Origin: Vitrella brassicaformis CCMP3155
Lineage: Eukaryota; Protista; Chromerida
Assembly (NCBI GenBank): GCA_001179505.1
Contig: CDMY01000185.1
Coordinates: 62,001-126,000, forward strand
Direction: 5' to 3'
DNA length: 64,000 nt
Positions 49,229 to 62,466 of this stretch are shown one piece after another. The position numbers and the translations under genes were made by a program. The notes under the pieces were generated by a model. That model was not told where the DNA came from and did no database searches. It was given only the letters and a program-made list of their open reading frames with translations. Each line of letters begins with the position of its first letter. The stretch's first letter is position 1.

Positions 49229-50259
49229 GGAGAGAGAGATTAGACGCCTGGTGGGTTTGGCTGGGGTTGTCTTGGATGCACACACGCAGCTGACCTGATA
49301 TGTGCCCGTGTGTGACGCCTTGCAGGCCGTAGTAATTGGGGTTCTGATGACACATGAGGTGGTATGACATGAGATGGTTCGGTGGTGATGTTGTGTGTCT
49401 CTTGCATGCCTCGAGAGCTCCTTTCTCACCTTGCTGATCCTCCTGTAGTAGAAGGTCCAGGTGAGCCAGTCGATGGCGTCCTGCTTGTTGTCGATGGTCT
49501 TGAGCACCACCTCCGCGTTGATGAAGTCGGCCATACGCTGCATCCACCACACCACACACACACAGAGAGATATCACCAAACGAACCAACAAGACGGCCGA
49601 TACAGATCGTCGTCCCCCTGACCTCCTTCTGGTCGAGATGTGATTCAACGGGCAGCGGCTCGTAGATAAATTTCTTGTAGTACTCTTTCTTGGACGAATG
49701 GCACAGCAGACAGAAGACCCCCGACTTGTCGATGTGCGGCCGCGTGGCCCGGCCCATCATCTGGATGATGTCGCTGACGGGGTAGTCCACCCAGCGATTC
49801 TCCCGGCCGTCGAACTTCTTGGTGTCCATGACAATCACCAGGTGGGCCGACATGGTCATGCCCCACGTCAGCTGCTCGGTCGTCACCAACACCTGGATGG
49901 CACCCGACTCGAACAGCCGCTCGATCATCCCTCGCTCCGACTCAGAGAACCCTGCAGCGGATGCATCAAACAGAGAAGGCAGGCCGCCACACGTGTGTGC
50001 GTGTTGATGGGGTGCTGGTGGTCGTGGTCTCCTTACCTTCGTGGTAGAAGCCGACACCGAATTCAAGCGTTTGCTTGAGGGCCTGCAGACACGCAGACAG
50101 AGAGAGAGGGTGGTGTCATTTCGATGGTTCCGTGTGTGGCTATGTGGGGGTGGAGGGGGGGTGATCAGACAGTACGAATAAGGAGGCTTCAGTGTGTGTG
50201 TGCACTCAGATATATGCTTGTCAAGTTGGGTTGTCTCCATCCCTTCACCCACCCCCCCC

Positions 50260-50294
<35 letters not shown>

Positions 50295-52929
50295 TGTCCC
50301 CTCTTGCGCACCTTCTCCCTGGCGCCTTTGATCTGGTTGGCCATGACGTCGTCCGGCACGTGCAGGAACCTCTTTGGCTTGTCGTCAGCGGCAGCCTGCA
50401 GCAGCAGGTCGATCGCCGTCAGCCGGCACTGCTTCCTGCAACCACATAGTCAGGTGATCACGGAGAGAGAGATGTCAGGTGTCCATGTGTGTGGATGGTG
50501 GCAGGGCCGAGTAAGGGGTACTGACTGTACCTGTCAGCCACAAAGATGATGACAGGTTTGTCGGGCGACTTGGTCTTGATGGCCTGGTAGACGGTCTTGC
50601 CCATTGCCAGCAGGCGGCTGCCGCGGTAGTACATGTCGAAGCCTGACAGAACAAATCACACCACATCACATCACACAAGCCATGTGGGTTGGTTGCGGCG
50701 ACACTGCTCGTCGCACAGACGCACCGTAGATGGCGATTTCCAGGGGGACAGTGCGGATGTTGGGGCCAAAGTTGAAGAGGTTGGTGCTGCCCGCGCCGAT
50801 CCACTCAGCCACATCCTGTGACAGTGACAGGAAGACACACACACATCGGTGGAGTGGCATCCCTCCATCCATCCATGGCTGTGTGTGGCGGCACCGCACC
50901 TTGGCGTTGGACAGAGAGCATGCCAGTCCGAGTATGCGGATAGACTGGTTCGTCTGGGCGGAGATGTACCGCATACGCGACACGCACACCTCCATCGTCG
51001 GGCCGACCTGTGTGTGAGTGAGTCGCACACAGACAGCATCCATCGTAAGGGGGTGGGGGTGGGGGTGGATGGTGTTCCGGTCTCTCTCTCTCTCTCTGTG
51101 TGTGTGTCTCACTTCGGAGTCCAGCAGCTGCAGCTCGTCCGCAATGAACAACCGCAGCTGCGTCGCCACCTTCTTGCTTCGCCACCTGCATACACACACA
51201 CACACACACATACACACACGAGCCCTCAGACACACATCCCAAGACGAAGTGGTGGACCTTCGTGAGATGAGGTCCCATTTGTCGGGTGTGGTGATGAAGA
51301 TGTGGGACTGCTCGAGTATCTTGAGGTCGGTGTTGAGGTCCCCCGTCGGCTCGTTGACCCGCAGCCCCAGCTTGCCGAACTTGGCGGACCACTCGGCGAA
51401 GCGCTCGCGGGCCGTCAGCTCGTAGGGCGCCATGTATACGCAGCGCTTCAAACCTGCACACACACACACAGAGAGAGAGAGATCGATCGATGCATCCATC
51501 CATCCATCCATTGTCCGGTGGTGGGAGGGAGTATACCATCGCCTTTGAGCATCCGGAGGATTGCGAACTCTGCGCAGATGATTTTGCCGGCGGCCGGTGA
51601 GGCGCAGATGAGGACGTTGTCGCCGGAGCTGTAGAGCGACGAGAAGACCTGTGTCTGTATGGGGTTGAAGAACTTGATGGACGACGAGTAGAGGGCCTCG
51701 GCCTCGGGGAACCGCAGAGCTGTCACGGGCAGCGGCTGCAGGTCCAGCAACTCTGAAGGACACAAGGACACACAGAAAAAGGTGTGATGCTTCCATTGTT
51801 CCTCTCTCTCCCTCTCTCTCTCTGCGTGTGTGTGTGTGTGTGTGTGCTGCATGCCTGTGTGAGGCGGGTTCTTCTCAGGCAGGATGAGGCTCTTGAAGGA
51901 CACCGGCAGCAGTGACTCGGCGTGCAGCCACCGGTCGGAGACCACCCGGATGAAGTACTGGGGCGGCAGGGGGTCCATCACGGGCACCGTGAAGTTGACT
52001 GTGTGCTCCTCCTCCACACCTCGCTGGGTCAGCAGGAAGATCTACACACACACACACGGGGAGCTTTGGTATGTGTTTGTTGCCGTGGTCTCTCTCTCTC
52101 TCTCTCTCCGTTGCATGCCTCGTGGTGGAGGATGGTCTCGCCGTCGACATCCTCGACAAAGATCCAAAAGGGCTCGGCAGTGCCGTGAATCTGACCACCA
52201 CACCGCCACACACACACACACCACCCATCCGCACAAACCACCACACACCACACCCACTGGCCGGCACCGAATCCGAATGCCGAATGCTCACCTTGGGATC
52301 CCACTGGAAGTCCGGCGTGATGGTGAGCTCCACCAGCAGACACGACCGTGTGATGGGCTGGACGTACGCCGAGAGGTCGAGCTTCGGGAACTGGTGGATG
52401 AATCTGTGGATCTTCTTGCCCAGGTTGGGGAGGCGCAGGAGCTCGCCGATCTCGGTGGACGAGAGGTCGTAGTACCGCTCCCATGAGAAATCCTTCTTCT
52501 CCATTTTGCGCAGGATGGGCTCCTCCAGGTTGAACTGCCGCATGGGCGTCATCGAGGCCCACATGCGCTTGTCGATCATCTTGCAGAAGGAGAGAGCCCG
52601 GTGGGCGAGGGCGGCCCAGCCACGCTTGAGGCAGATCTCGTATATGGCTCGCATAATCCGGCCGGCATTCTGCTGCACGTAAACCTGAGTAGACACTCCA
52701 CGCAGCAGGGAGGGCACGTGTGTGGCTGGGCTGGCTGGTTGTGCCGTTCGTTTGGTCTTTGGCTGGCTGACCATACCATGTCCGCCATGAGTGCGAATCC
52801 CTCGAGCTTGAGCTTGGAGATGTAGGCCTGGAGCAGCACGTTGACCTTGGACGAGGCCGTCTTTTCCTCCATCGAACCCTTCACCGGCACAGGCACCTGT
52901 CACACCACACAACACAGGACACAGTCGTC

Positions 52930-52966
<37 letters not shown>

Positions 52967-54688
52967 TGTGTTTGTGGTGGGGGGATGGGTACACACCCGC
53001 TCGACGAGCTTGAGTAGCTCGACCTTCTCCTCCTCTCTCACAGGGATGTACTTGAACTCATTGGAGAGGGAGAACAGACGCAGCAGCTCGATGTCAGACA
53101 TCGACGGCTGATGGACACACACACAGAAAGGGACACAGAGAGATAGGGACGCCATGAGGGCGGCTCATTATGGGCGGATTTGTTTGTGTGTGTGCGCCTG
53201 CCTTGAGGTGCTCGTTGAAAGCGGCGATGGTGGGGTGCTTGATGTAGTAGTGAGAAGCCACCTGACCTAGTGTGGTCGACTGCACACACATACACACACA
53301 CACAGACACACACACCGCGGGAGACAAAGAGAATACCACCAAATCCCTCACCCACCGCCCACCCAAATCCACTCACCGCCACGTTGCCCGTCCGCTTGTC
53401 GTACTTGATGAGCTGGTGCTTGTCGAGCAGCATCAGGGCCGAGTGCACCAGGTCAGTCCGCCGCTGCAGCAGCAGGTCGTCCTCCTGCTTCTCCTCCTCG
53501 GTGAAGCCATAGAGCGGCGGATTGCGGTACATCCGCACGTAGAGGTACGTGTAGCCCAGCCAGTTGACGGCATCGGCTCGCGACTGGATGGTGCCTGCGT
53601 CAGACACACACACACACACACACAGAGGGGTGTTTGTGGGGTGGGTGCTGGTAGGTGTACCTAGGACGATTTCGGCGTTGAGGATGTCTGGGAGCAGTGA
53701 GATGAGCTGCGACTCGATGGGCAGCTGCTGGTTGTTGAGCGAGAGGTAGTACTGCAGCTCGGACTGGTTCGTGATGATGATGCCGTGACCTGCACACACA
53801 CACACACACACAGGCGTGCACCACCCCACCCCCTGTGCCTCCCTCTGCACGCACCTTCTTTGTCGAATTGCGGTCTGCCGGCTCGTCCCATCATCTGCAT
53901 GATGTCCATGGGCGACAGCTCCGACCAGGCGCCCTTCTCGGGCATGTACACCTGAGTGCCCTTGATAATGACGGTGTGGGCGGGCAGATTCACACCCCAC
54001 GCCAGGGTCGACGTCGAGACCAACACCTACCCCACCACACACACACACACGTGACAGAGAGGGAGGGAGGGAGAGAGAGAGAGAGAGAAGGCGTGTGTTG
54101 TGTGTACCGACCTGTATGTGTCTGTCGTAGAAGAGGTCCTCGATGAGCTTCCTGTCCTTGCGGGAGAGGCCGGCGTGGTGGATGCCGAACCCGTAGGGCA
54201 GCAGCTCCTTTATCTCGGGCGTCTGCATGTCCTCCGCCTCGGCCTGCAGCACCTCCCGAGACGCCGGACTGTCCTGCAGGAACCGAGCCAGCGTGTCGTT
54301 CTGCATTGCCAAGTCGCGGATGGCCCGGGCCGTCTTGGCTGATAGATACGTATCGTCACACACGCACACACAGGGACAGACTGAGAGAGGGGGGGAGGGG
54401 GAGGGGGTGTTCGCGTGTGAGGCTCACCGGTTTCCTTCCTCGAGTGGACAAACACTAGGACCTGTTTCTTGCCGGCCTTTTCCATGACCTTCTCGTAGGT
54501 GACCTCGTTCATGGTGTTGAACCGCTTGATGGCCTTCTTCTCCTTGACACCGATGTACTCCTGCTCCAGCGGGACGGGCCGGTAGTGCGCCCCGAAGTGA
54601 TAGAGGCCCTTCTTGATGTCCACACGCATGAAGACGGCCACGTCCTCGTAGTTGGGCAGAGTGGCTGAGAGGCCCACCTGCACACACA

Positions 54689-54724
<36 letters not shown>

Positions 54725-57700
54725 CAGGGACAGAGGGAGGGGTGTGTGTGGTTGTGCGGTGGAGGAGGGCGGTGGGGAGGGAGGGATTACCAGTCTGATT
54801 CGCTCCTGGCTGGTCTCGATTTGCCTGATGGTGCGCGCCACGATGGACTCGAGCACCGGGCCTCGCGAGTCGTGCAGCAGGTGGACCTCGTCGATGATGA
54901 TCAGCCGCACCAGCTGCGTGTAGGTCCTGTCCCCTGCTTTCCGGGTGATGATGTCCCACTTCTCTGTGAGATGAGATATGCACACACACACACCGTTCGT
55001 TCCTTGCTGGTGGGCGTCCTAGCCAGGCCTAGCTGACACACTTACCAGGTGTGCAGACGATGACCTGCGTCTCGTCGATTTGGGCACGGGTGAGCTGCAC
55101 AACACAACACACATGCCGAATCTATCCTTCCTGGAACACCCTCGCTGTGCCATCCCACTCCGGTGAGCTCCTTACCGAGACGTCACCGGTGAGCTCCCGC
55201 ACAGTGATGCCGTAACACGCTGCACACACACACAGACGTCACCGCAACAGCGTGAGCCCTTCCCTGCTGGCGGGGTGTGTCTCTGTGGGNNNNNNNNNNN
55301 NNNNNNNNNNNNNNNNNNNNNNNNNNNNNNNNNNNNNNNNNNNNNNNNNNNNNNNNNNNNNNNNNNNNNNNNNNNNNNNNNNNNNNNNNNNNNNNNNNNN
55401 NNNNNNNNNNNNNNNNNNNNNNNNNNNNNNNNNNNNNNNNNNNNNNNNNNNNNNNNNNNNNNNNNNNNNNNNNNNNNNNNNNNNNNNNNNNNNNNNNNNN
55501 NNNNNNNNNNNNNNNNNNNNNNNNNNNNNNNNNNNNNNNNNNNNNNNNNNNNNNNNNNNNNNNNNNNNNNNNNNNNNNNNNNNNNNNNNGGGGGGTGCCC
55601 CTGCCCTGGCTGGCTCTTTTCACTTTACCCAGTCTCGAGCTGAAGCTCTGCACCTGCTCGGCGACCAAAGCCTTCATCGGCGCTGTCACACACACAAGCA
55701 GCACACAAGCACACAAACACACATCGTGGCCTTGTCCCTCCCACTGCTCTGCAGGTAAGTGATGTGACATGACGAGTCCGTGCTCACAGATATAGATGAT
55801 CTTGAAGTTGTTGAGGTCGATGCTGCCGTCGCTGAGGCGGTAGTTGCCGATGACGTTGAGCATGGTGAGCATGGCGACGTTGGTCTTGCCCGAGCCCGTG
55901 GGGGCGCAGACCAGCATGTTCTGGTCGTACTGCTGGAAGGCGCAGTCGGAGACGCGGCTCTGCACGGGGTTGAGGCTCTTGACGTCAAACTTCTGGAACG
56001 GCGCCTGCGCCCACTCGGGCAAAGTGGAGATCTGTCCACCATACACACACGAGAGAGAGATGACTTGCGCAGAGAGGCAGTGTGTGGTTTGTGTGTTTCT
56101 CACCGGCACAAGGGTGCTTTCGTCGATCTCTGGCGGCTTGTACTGCTTGACATGAACCTCGTCATAGCTCTGGTGTTGCGTGACAACGACACGGACATCA
56201 CCCACACAGGCGTGTTAATGCCACGAAAACATCCCCCGTCTGTCTCTTGCACTGCACACCTTCTTCTCGAGTCTGAAGGAGCCCTCCGGCAGTTTGCACC
56301 GCTTGTTGGCCATGAAGTGACCCCCCTGGGCGAAGGCAATGGTGTCGAGGTCCACCACGTGGGTGGGCTTCTTCATGTCCCCCGCATCCACTGCCGCCAG
56401 CGCTCCACCGATGCCCTCACCTGCATCAAACACACATCTCGCATCGCAAATGCCCTCTCTCTCCGGGTCTCTCTCTATCCCTCTGTGTCCGGCCGCGGCA
56501 GCTGACTGACCTTCGTCGGCCTGTCTGGCGGCCTGTCCGGCCTTCTCGCCCAGCTTGGCAGCCTCCTTCCTGACGTTGCGCCTGAACTCCTCCTCCTTGT
56601 TGCGTCTGAGGTTGACCCGCTCGAGCTGCTCGAGCACCTCCTGGCCCTCGGGCGTGGCTCGCATCTCCTCGTGAATCGCCTGGATGACACACAGGGGCCC
56701 AGAGAGACAGAGAGAGAGGGTGCGTGCGGCTGCGGTGTGTGCGTGGGGGCGTACCGCTTTCTCGTCGTTGGACTGCGCCTGCCCGAGTCGCGTGCAGTAG
56801 AGGAGCTTCCACCTGTTCTTGAGGATGAGTTTGGCAAAGTCGAAGTTCTCGTACTTGAGGATGAAGACCAGCTTGTTCTCGCACTCTTGCAGGTCAGGGG
56901 TCGACAAGATCGACAGTATCTGTGGCACACCACACAGACCACACACATCAAACAGGGGAGGGTCTCTCTCTCTGTCTGTCTGTCCGTCTGGTGTGATGTG
57001 TGTGTGTGTGTGTTGGTCACCTCCTTCTCTGTGGCGACGATGACATTGGGGTCGGTGTAGAACTTGCCCAGCTCGCGCTGCAGCCAATGCGAATCAATCT
57101 TGGCTGCACACCGACACAGGCAACACACAGGCAGAAAGGTGTGTGGGTGTGAGGTGTGGTGTGGTGTGTGGTGGGCATGGCAAATGTCTGTGTGCTCATT
57201 GTGCGAGGGAGAGAGACACTTACAGACGTCGAGGCTGTACTTGTCCCCCTCCTTGATCACATCCTCCTCGTCCTCATTGATGCGCGCCTCCAAGTGCTAA
57301 ACAAACGGGACAGTCCATATCAACACACACACACAAACACACACACACACACACATCCATCCAGCCATCATGCGTCTGTGTCGATGGACGATGCACACAA
57401 CACACGCATACCCACCCGTCGTTCGGTCTCCTCCCCGAGCGCCTCGTCGTCCTCATCGCCCTCCTCCTCCTCATCGATCTCATCGAAGTCGGCGTCCTCG
57501 GCCTCCTTCATGGCCTCATCCTCCTCGTCAAACACCACGGCCACTCCCGTCGGATCGTTCAACTGGCTCTTGGACAACGCTGCACACCACACCACACCAC
57601 ACACCACACCAGACACCAGACGGCGGGAAGAGGTTTGTGTGCTGTTTGTGTGGATGACGCGGTGCGGTGTGTGTTACCTGACTCCTCCATAGCGACGTCC

Positions 57701-58538
57701 TCTCCCTCTGCGTGGAAGTCGGTGACCTGTTTGGACATCTGGTAGAGGGCCGTGAAGGTGTCTTCGTCGAGCTTGCCCATGACCTCCTCGCAGTTTTTCT
57801 TGCGCTCCACGTCGCGAATATTGTCAGTCTTCAGTGCCGCGAGCACCTCGTCTGCCGCGCCCCGCAGGACGTCCTGCGGCTGGTCGCCGAGCTGCTGCTG
57901 GATCTTGGCCAGGAGCTGCTCGTAGACGGCTTTGGTCTGCCGTGTGGTGGGGCGGTAGATCATGGTCTCCGTCACGTCGGCACTCAACACGGTCTCGCCC
58001 TTGGTGATATCCTGAACGAACCAACCACACACACACACACACACACACCACACTCAGGACACGGCAAATGCTTCCTTCCGCTGTGTGTCTTGTCTCCCCT
58101 TCCCACAGACTGACTGACCAGTTTGGTCTTCTTCTTGGTGAAGGCCTGCTTTGCCTTCTGCTCGTCGCGCTTTCTCTTCTTCTCGAGTCGTTCCTCCAGC
58201 TCCTTGGGCCGCTCCCGGCTGATTTTGTCGCCCATGCGGTGCTTGAGACGACCCACCAGCGACTCAGGCTCGCCCGTCGGCTCATTCTGGTTCGGACCTG
58301 GACCTTCTCGCTGAAGCACCAGGTTCGAGTTCTGATCGATCATGAGACACACACACAAGCAGCAGGAGGACAGACAGACAGCTCACCACCGATGTTGCTG
58401 TGAATGTGTGCTTTGTGTGTGTGTGTGAGTGCGTGACTGTCTTGTCTGTCTGTCTCATGCGATGAATGTGCGTGCGAGTGCCCGGCTGCTCACCTCGCGA
58501 TACTCGAACCGCTTGAATCGCTCGTACTCGTCCGCCAT
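47458..58538 (-). CDS. SNRNP200: U5 snRNP 200-kDa RNA helicase (Brr2)
   Basis: [29 protein letters not shown]; PWI-like region; [12 protein letters not shown]; [19 protein letters not shown]; [19 protein letters not shown]; [12 protein letters not shown]; Sec63 domain; second degenerate cassette ([17 protein letters not shown]); ends [14 protein letters not shown]. More than 30 introns. Confidence 0.97.
55290..55589. other. Assembly gap (300 N) inside a Brr2 intron
   Basis: Run of N flanked by short G runs; the exons on either side join in frame. Confidence 0.99.
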
Positions 58539-60284
58539 CGCTGCGCCGAGTTCGTCGCCGCTGTGCTTCTTGCCTTTATGCTATGATCACGCTTCTGGCT
58601 GATGTCGGGCGGTTGTCATATCAACCGCAGGCTGAGATCTCTCGTCCGCTGCGCCGTCTGAGCTGCAGCGCTTTCGATTTGGTCTGTGTGACTCAATCAA
58701 AAGCTCGCAGGGTTCGCGAGCTTAGCTCGCAGAAGGGGCCAAGGAAGGAGAAAGGAGGAAGGAAACGGGGCAAAAGAAGGCCAGCACGACCTGGATCTAT
58801 TGGATGAGTCTTCTACCAGCGTCTTCAGCCATGGATGGAATTCATTGCCAGGTGGTGTGCCATCATGGTATTCCTCCCTTGCTTTGCAGGATGGCATGGC
58901 TGGCTCTGGAATTCATTGCCTGCGGCCCCGGCTGTCAGTTCAGGTGTGCCAATGAGCTGACGTACCCGGCCGTTCTTTGCACCTCTTGTGCGGATAGATC
59001 ATCATGACCCTCACCGAGTCTGACGGAGAGGGCGTCGACTGGGTAAGACGACACACACAGACAATCACACAGACAATTACCTGACTCGTGTGATTGGGGC
59101 TACCTCTGACGCCAGACGGCATTGCCTGACGAGAGAGCTCTTAGCGGCATTGCCTGACGCCAAGGTCAGCCTAGGGGAAGGGGGCGGCGTCTGTGGAAGT
59201 CGGCAAAATGCCTCGTCCTTCCTTGTCTGTGTGTTGATGTCCTGTTTCGCCAGGCCAGATTGACGATCTCCGAGATCCGCACAAGTGGCATGCATATACA
59301 GCGCCAAAGACAACACCGTCTTCCGCAATCGAGAGCTGTTGACGCCCTTCCCACTCAACGCTGGGGGCTTCCATCTGAACATGCACCACCTGAGTCGCCT
59401 GCCCAGGAGCACCACAGCGGCGTGCGTGCTGCTAGTCTGGCCGTCTGTCCGCCGACGTCCTCTACGTGGACAAACACTTCTGGTGAATGACGGCAGCGGT
59501 GAGGTTCCCGGTTGTCGTTGGCCACGGCTTCACTTACGAGGGGGTTGCGCCTGAGTTGGGATGGCTGGACGAGTGGGTGTGCATATGATGCATTGGGCGC
59601 GGGAGGGGGTGGGCGGGTGTATGTGTGTGCTCGATGGATGAATGCCTGTTGATCGCTCGATGGATGAATGCCTGTGTGTGCTCGTGGGGGCTGTGTGGTG
59701 GTAGTGGATGTGCACTAGCGCTTACGTCACATTCATGTCTACAGCGTGTTGGTCGGTGTGTTGAGTGTATTCTTGAGCGGAGACCCTTAATTGTAGAGCC
59801 GTTCGTTCCATTCAAGCAAACTAACTATTACCAGCAGTCAGTGGTCAACAAATGCACAAATGCACAAATGCATGCACGAAGGCACAGAACGTCTAACCCC
59901 CACAGACATACCTACACTAGTGTTCGCATCACAGGCCAGAGCAGACGAGCAATGATCATCGACTGCACTCACAGACACGACACAATACAATACAATACAC
60001 ATAGCTTCGGCAGTAAGCCCTCCTTCCCATCTTTGCAGTCGGTAGGTAGGTACGTCCCACCAAAGAGGCACACGCAGACGGGCACACTCTCATCCACACC
60101 CATCACAGTGCATTCTGAGTCACTCACTCCGTGCATTCATTCTCCACTAGCGCAAGAGCACCCCAGCCACACCTGTACAGCAAACCCGCCCACATGGTTG
60201 AAAACGAACGAAAGCCCACTCAACGAACGTCTCACGTGTGTCGGTCGCTCACCCAGCTGTGCTTCCTTCCTGCGTTATCTATCA

Positions 60285-60929
60285 TCACATTCTCTGCCTT
60301 GCTGTCGTTGTCGTCGACGGCAGCTTCTGGTTGGTGTCTGCGGGCATGTTGCTCATGGGAGGGACACCCTCCGCCGTGACCCTCTGGCGGCCGCTGCGAT
60401 CGCTCTCCAGGGCCGCCAGACGACGGTCAAGCTCTGCACACACCACACAGGACCTCCCATGCACCATGTTGCCCTCCCTCCCCTCTCGCCCACCGTTGAC
60501 TTTGCGCTCGAGTGCAGCAAATTGGATCGCGTCGGCTCTCGACGCCTCGTCGGCGGCAGGAGCAGCTGCACGACGAGGCAGCACCATCGTCGGCTGTACG
60601 TCGTACACACAATCAGTATGTGGCCTGTTGTCTTGTGTCCTCCCTAGCTGCTGCAATCAAGCACGTACCTTGCCCGGCAGCAACTTGTCCACCGTCGACT
60701 TGAAACCCTTCGGACCCTCGGCGGCGAGTTGATAGACGCACATCACCCTGAGCGTCGAGTCGTTCTTGAGCGCCCGGATCTTCGCCTCAGGGTTGGTGAA
60801 GTTCCCCTTCTCGATCTCCTCGCGCCACTGCTTCTCCGCCCACGCATACCGTCTGTTGGTCACACGGTATGTCGTCAAAGGGGGACTCCAATCGGAGCCA
60901 TATCGAAGGAAATGCGCAATCGCCCACAT
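60285..60929 (-). CDS. Small hypothetical protein, paralog A
   Basis: MWAIAHFLRYGSDWSPPLTTYRVTNRRYAWAEKQWREEIEKG...KLLPGK|PTMVLPRR...KVN|ELDRRLAALE...RQRM-stop. Two phase-consistent introns. Indels versus paralog B preserve the frame. The start codon is uncertain. Confidence 0.6.
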
Positions 60930-61194
60930 TCCCTTCTCGAAGAGCGGGAGAGGGGAGGAGATGGAGAGGGGCACGAACTTGGTAGCTCGCAAAATCCGGG
61001 CTAGGGTGATACCTGAAACCGCTCCGGGCGATCCCACCCCCGGCCCTTCATGGCCGCCGGCTCCATGTGGTTCGCCAGGGAGTCATGTGAGCCGGTCATC
61101 ATGCGTGCGATCGGTCGATCGGAGTGTGATCGTGCGTGGCCAGTGTAGCATGATCGGACTCGCAAAAGACTCGGAGGGGGGGGGGGGGGGGGGG

Positions 61195-61494
61195 NNNNNN
61201 NNNNNNNNNNNNNNNNNNNNNNNNNNNNNNNNNNNNNNNNNNNNNNNNNNNNNNNNNNNNNNNNNNNNNNNNNNNNNNNNNNNNNNNNNNNNNNNNNNNN
61301 NNNNNNNNNNNNNNNNNNNNNNNNNNNNNNNNNNNNNNNNNNNNNNNNNNNNNNNNNNNNNNNNNNNNNNNNNNNNNNNNNNNNNNNNNNNNNNNNNNNN
61401 NNNNNNNNNNNNNNNNNNNNNNNNNNNNNNNNNNNNNNNNNNNNNNNNNNNNNNNNNNNNNNNNNNNNNNNNNNNNNNNNNNNNNNNNNNNNNN
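61195..61494. other. Assembly gap (300 N) flanked by long poly-G
   Basis: Run of N with about 19 G upstream and about 25 G downstream. Confidence 0.99.
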
Positions 61495-62466
61495 GGGGGG
61501 GGGGGGGGGGGGGGGGGGGAAGGTCCCCGTAAACGAAACCACCACCACACCATGGCAATAGAGATGACTGTAGAAGAATGAGTTGCCCTCCTCCGTCGGG
61601 GGGTCGGGACTCGCTCGTTCGCCGCGTCAGGAAGTGCATGCAAAGCCCCCAAGCTCGCATGGCCCTCGAAAGATGGTGCCGAATGAAAAAGTCTCGAGGC
61701 CCCAAAATGGCCCCAATTACAAAGAACACGAACTCGGGTAAGAGCGTGCCTCGCTCGCTAAAAGCTCGCGAGTGAATCGATGAAGGACGACTCCTGCAAT
61801 CAAGGAGGGAGGGTATCACACGTGACGGTGGTGTCCGTGGCCACGTCCCTACCCTTGTGGGCAGGTCATGGCGGCTTCTCGGCTGCTTCATTGAATCGCA
61901 CTGACAACACACACACACACACACACACACACAGTGATGAGAGGCCGGCCCCTGCCGACGAGTGACGAGTGTGTATGTGTGTGTGTGTGTGTGCTGGTTT
62001 TATCCACACGCAGTAAGTGTAGTTGTGTGTGTTGCGTTATTGTGCAGGGTTGCCCTGCGTGTGGAGACCCGTGTAGAGCCATTCCATTCAAACAAACTAT
62101 TACCAGTAGGTAGGTACACGTGCACAAAGTAAATGTCGGGAAAAAAAGCATACACAGACGAACACAAACATGAACACTTGACAGACAGCTTCTCACAAAC
62201 AAGTGTCCCACTCACACACGCCCATTTGCATTCTGAGTCCGCTCCCTGCATTCTCCAATAAGCGCAAGAGCACCCCACCCACACCTGTACAACAAATCCG
62301 CTCACATGGTTGGCAACGAACGAAAGCCCACTCAAAAAGCACTAGCGCCTGACCACACGCACACATAATCACATGGACACTCTCCTCAAGAAGCAGCAAA
62401 GGAGAGAAAACGTGTCACGTGTGTCGCTCACCCAGCTGTGCTTCCTTCCCCTCCTGCGTTAGCTAT

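Noticed and set aside
51541-51660. Degenerate Walker A (ASPAAGKII) and DELQ in Brr2 as a sign of pseudogenisation
   Set aside because: The C-terminal helicase cassette of Brr2 is normally catalytically inactive; the N-terminal cassette motifs are intact.
58800-59560. Possible gene or transposon relic upstream of Brr2 (short ORFs, 14-15-bp direct repeats)
   Set aside because: No recognisable domain, terminal inverted repeats or consistent splice chain; cannot be supported from the sequence alone.
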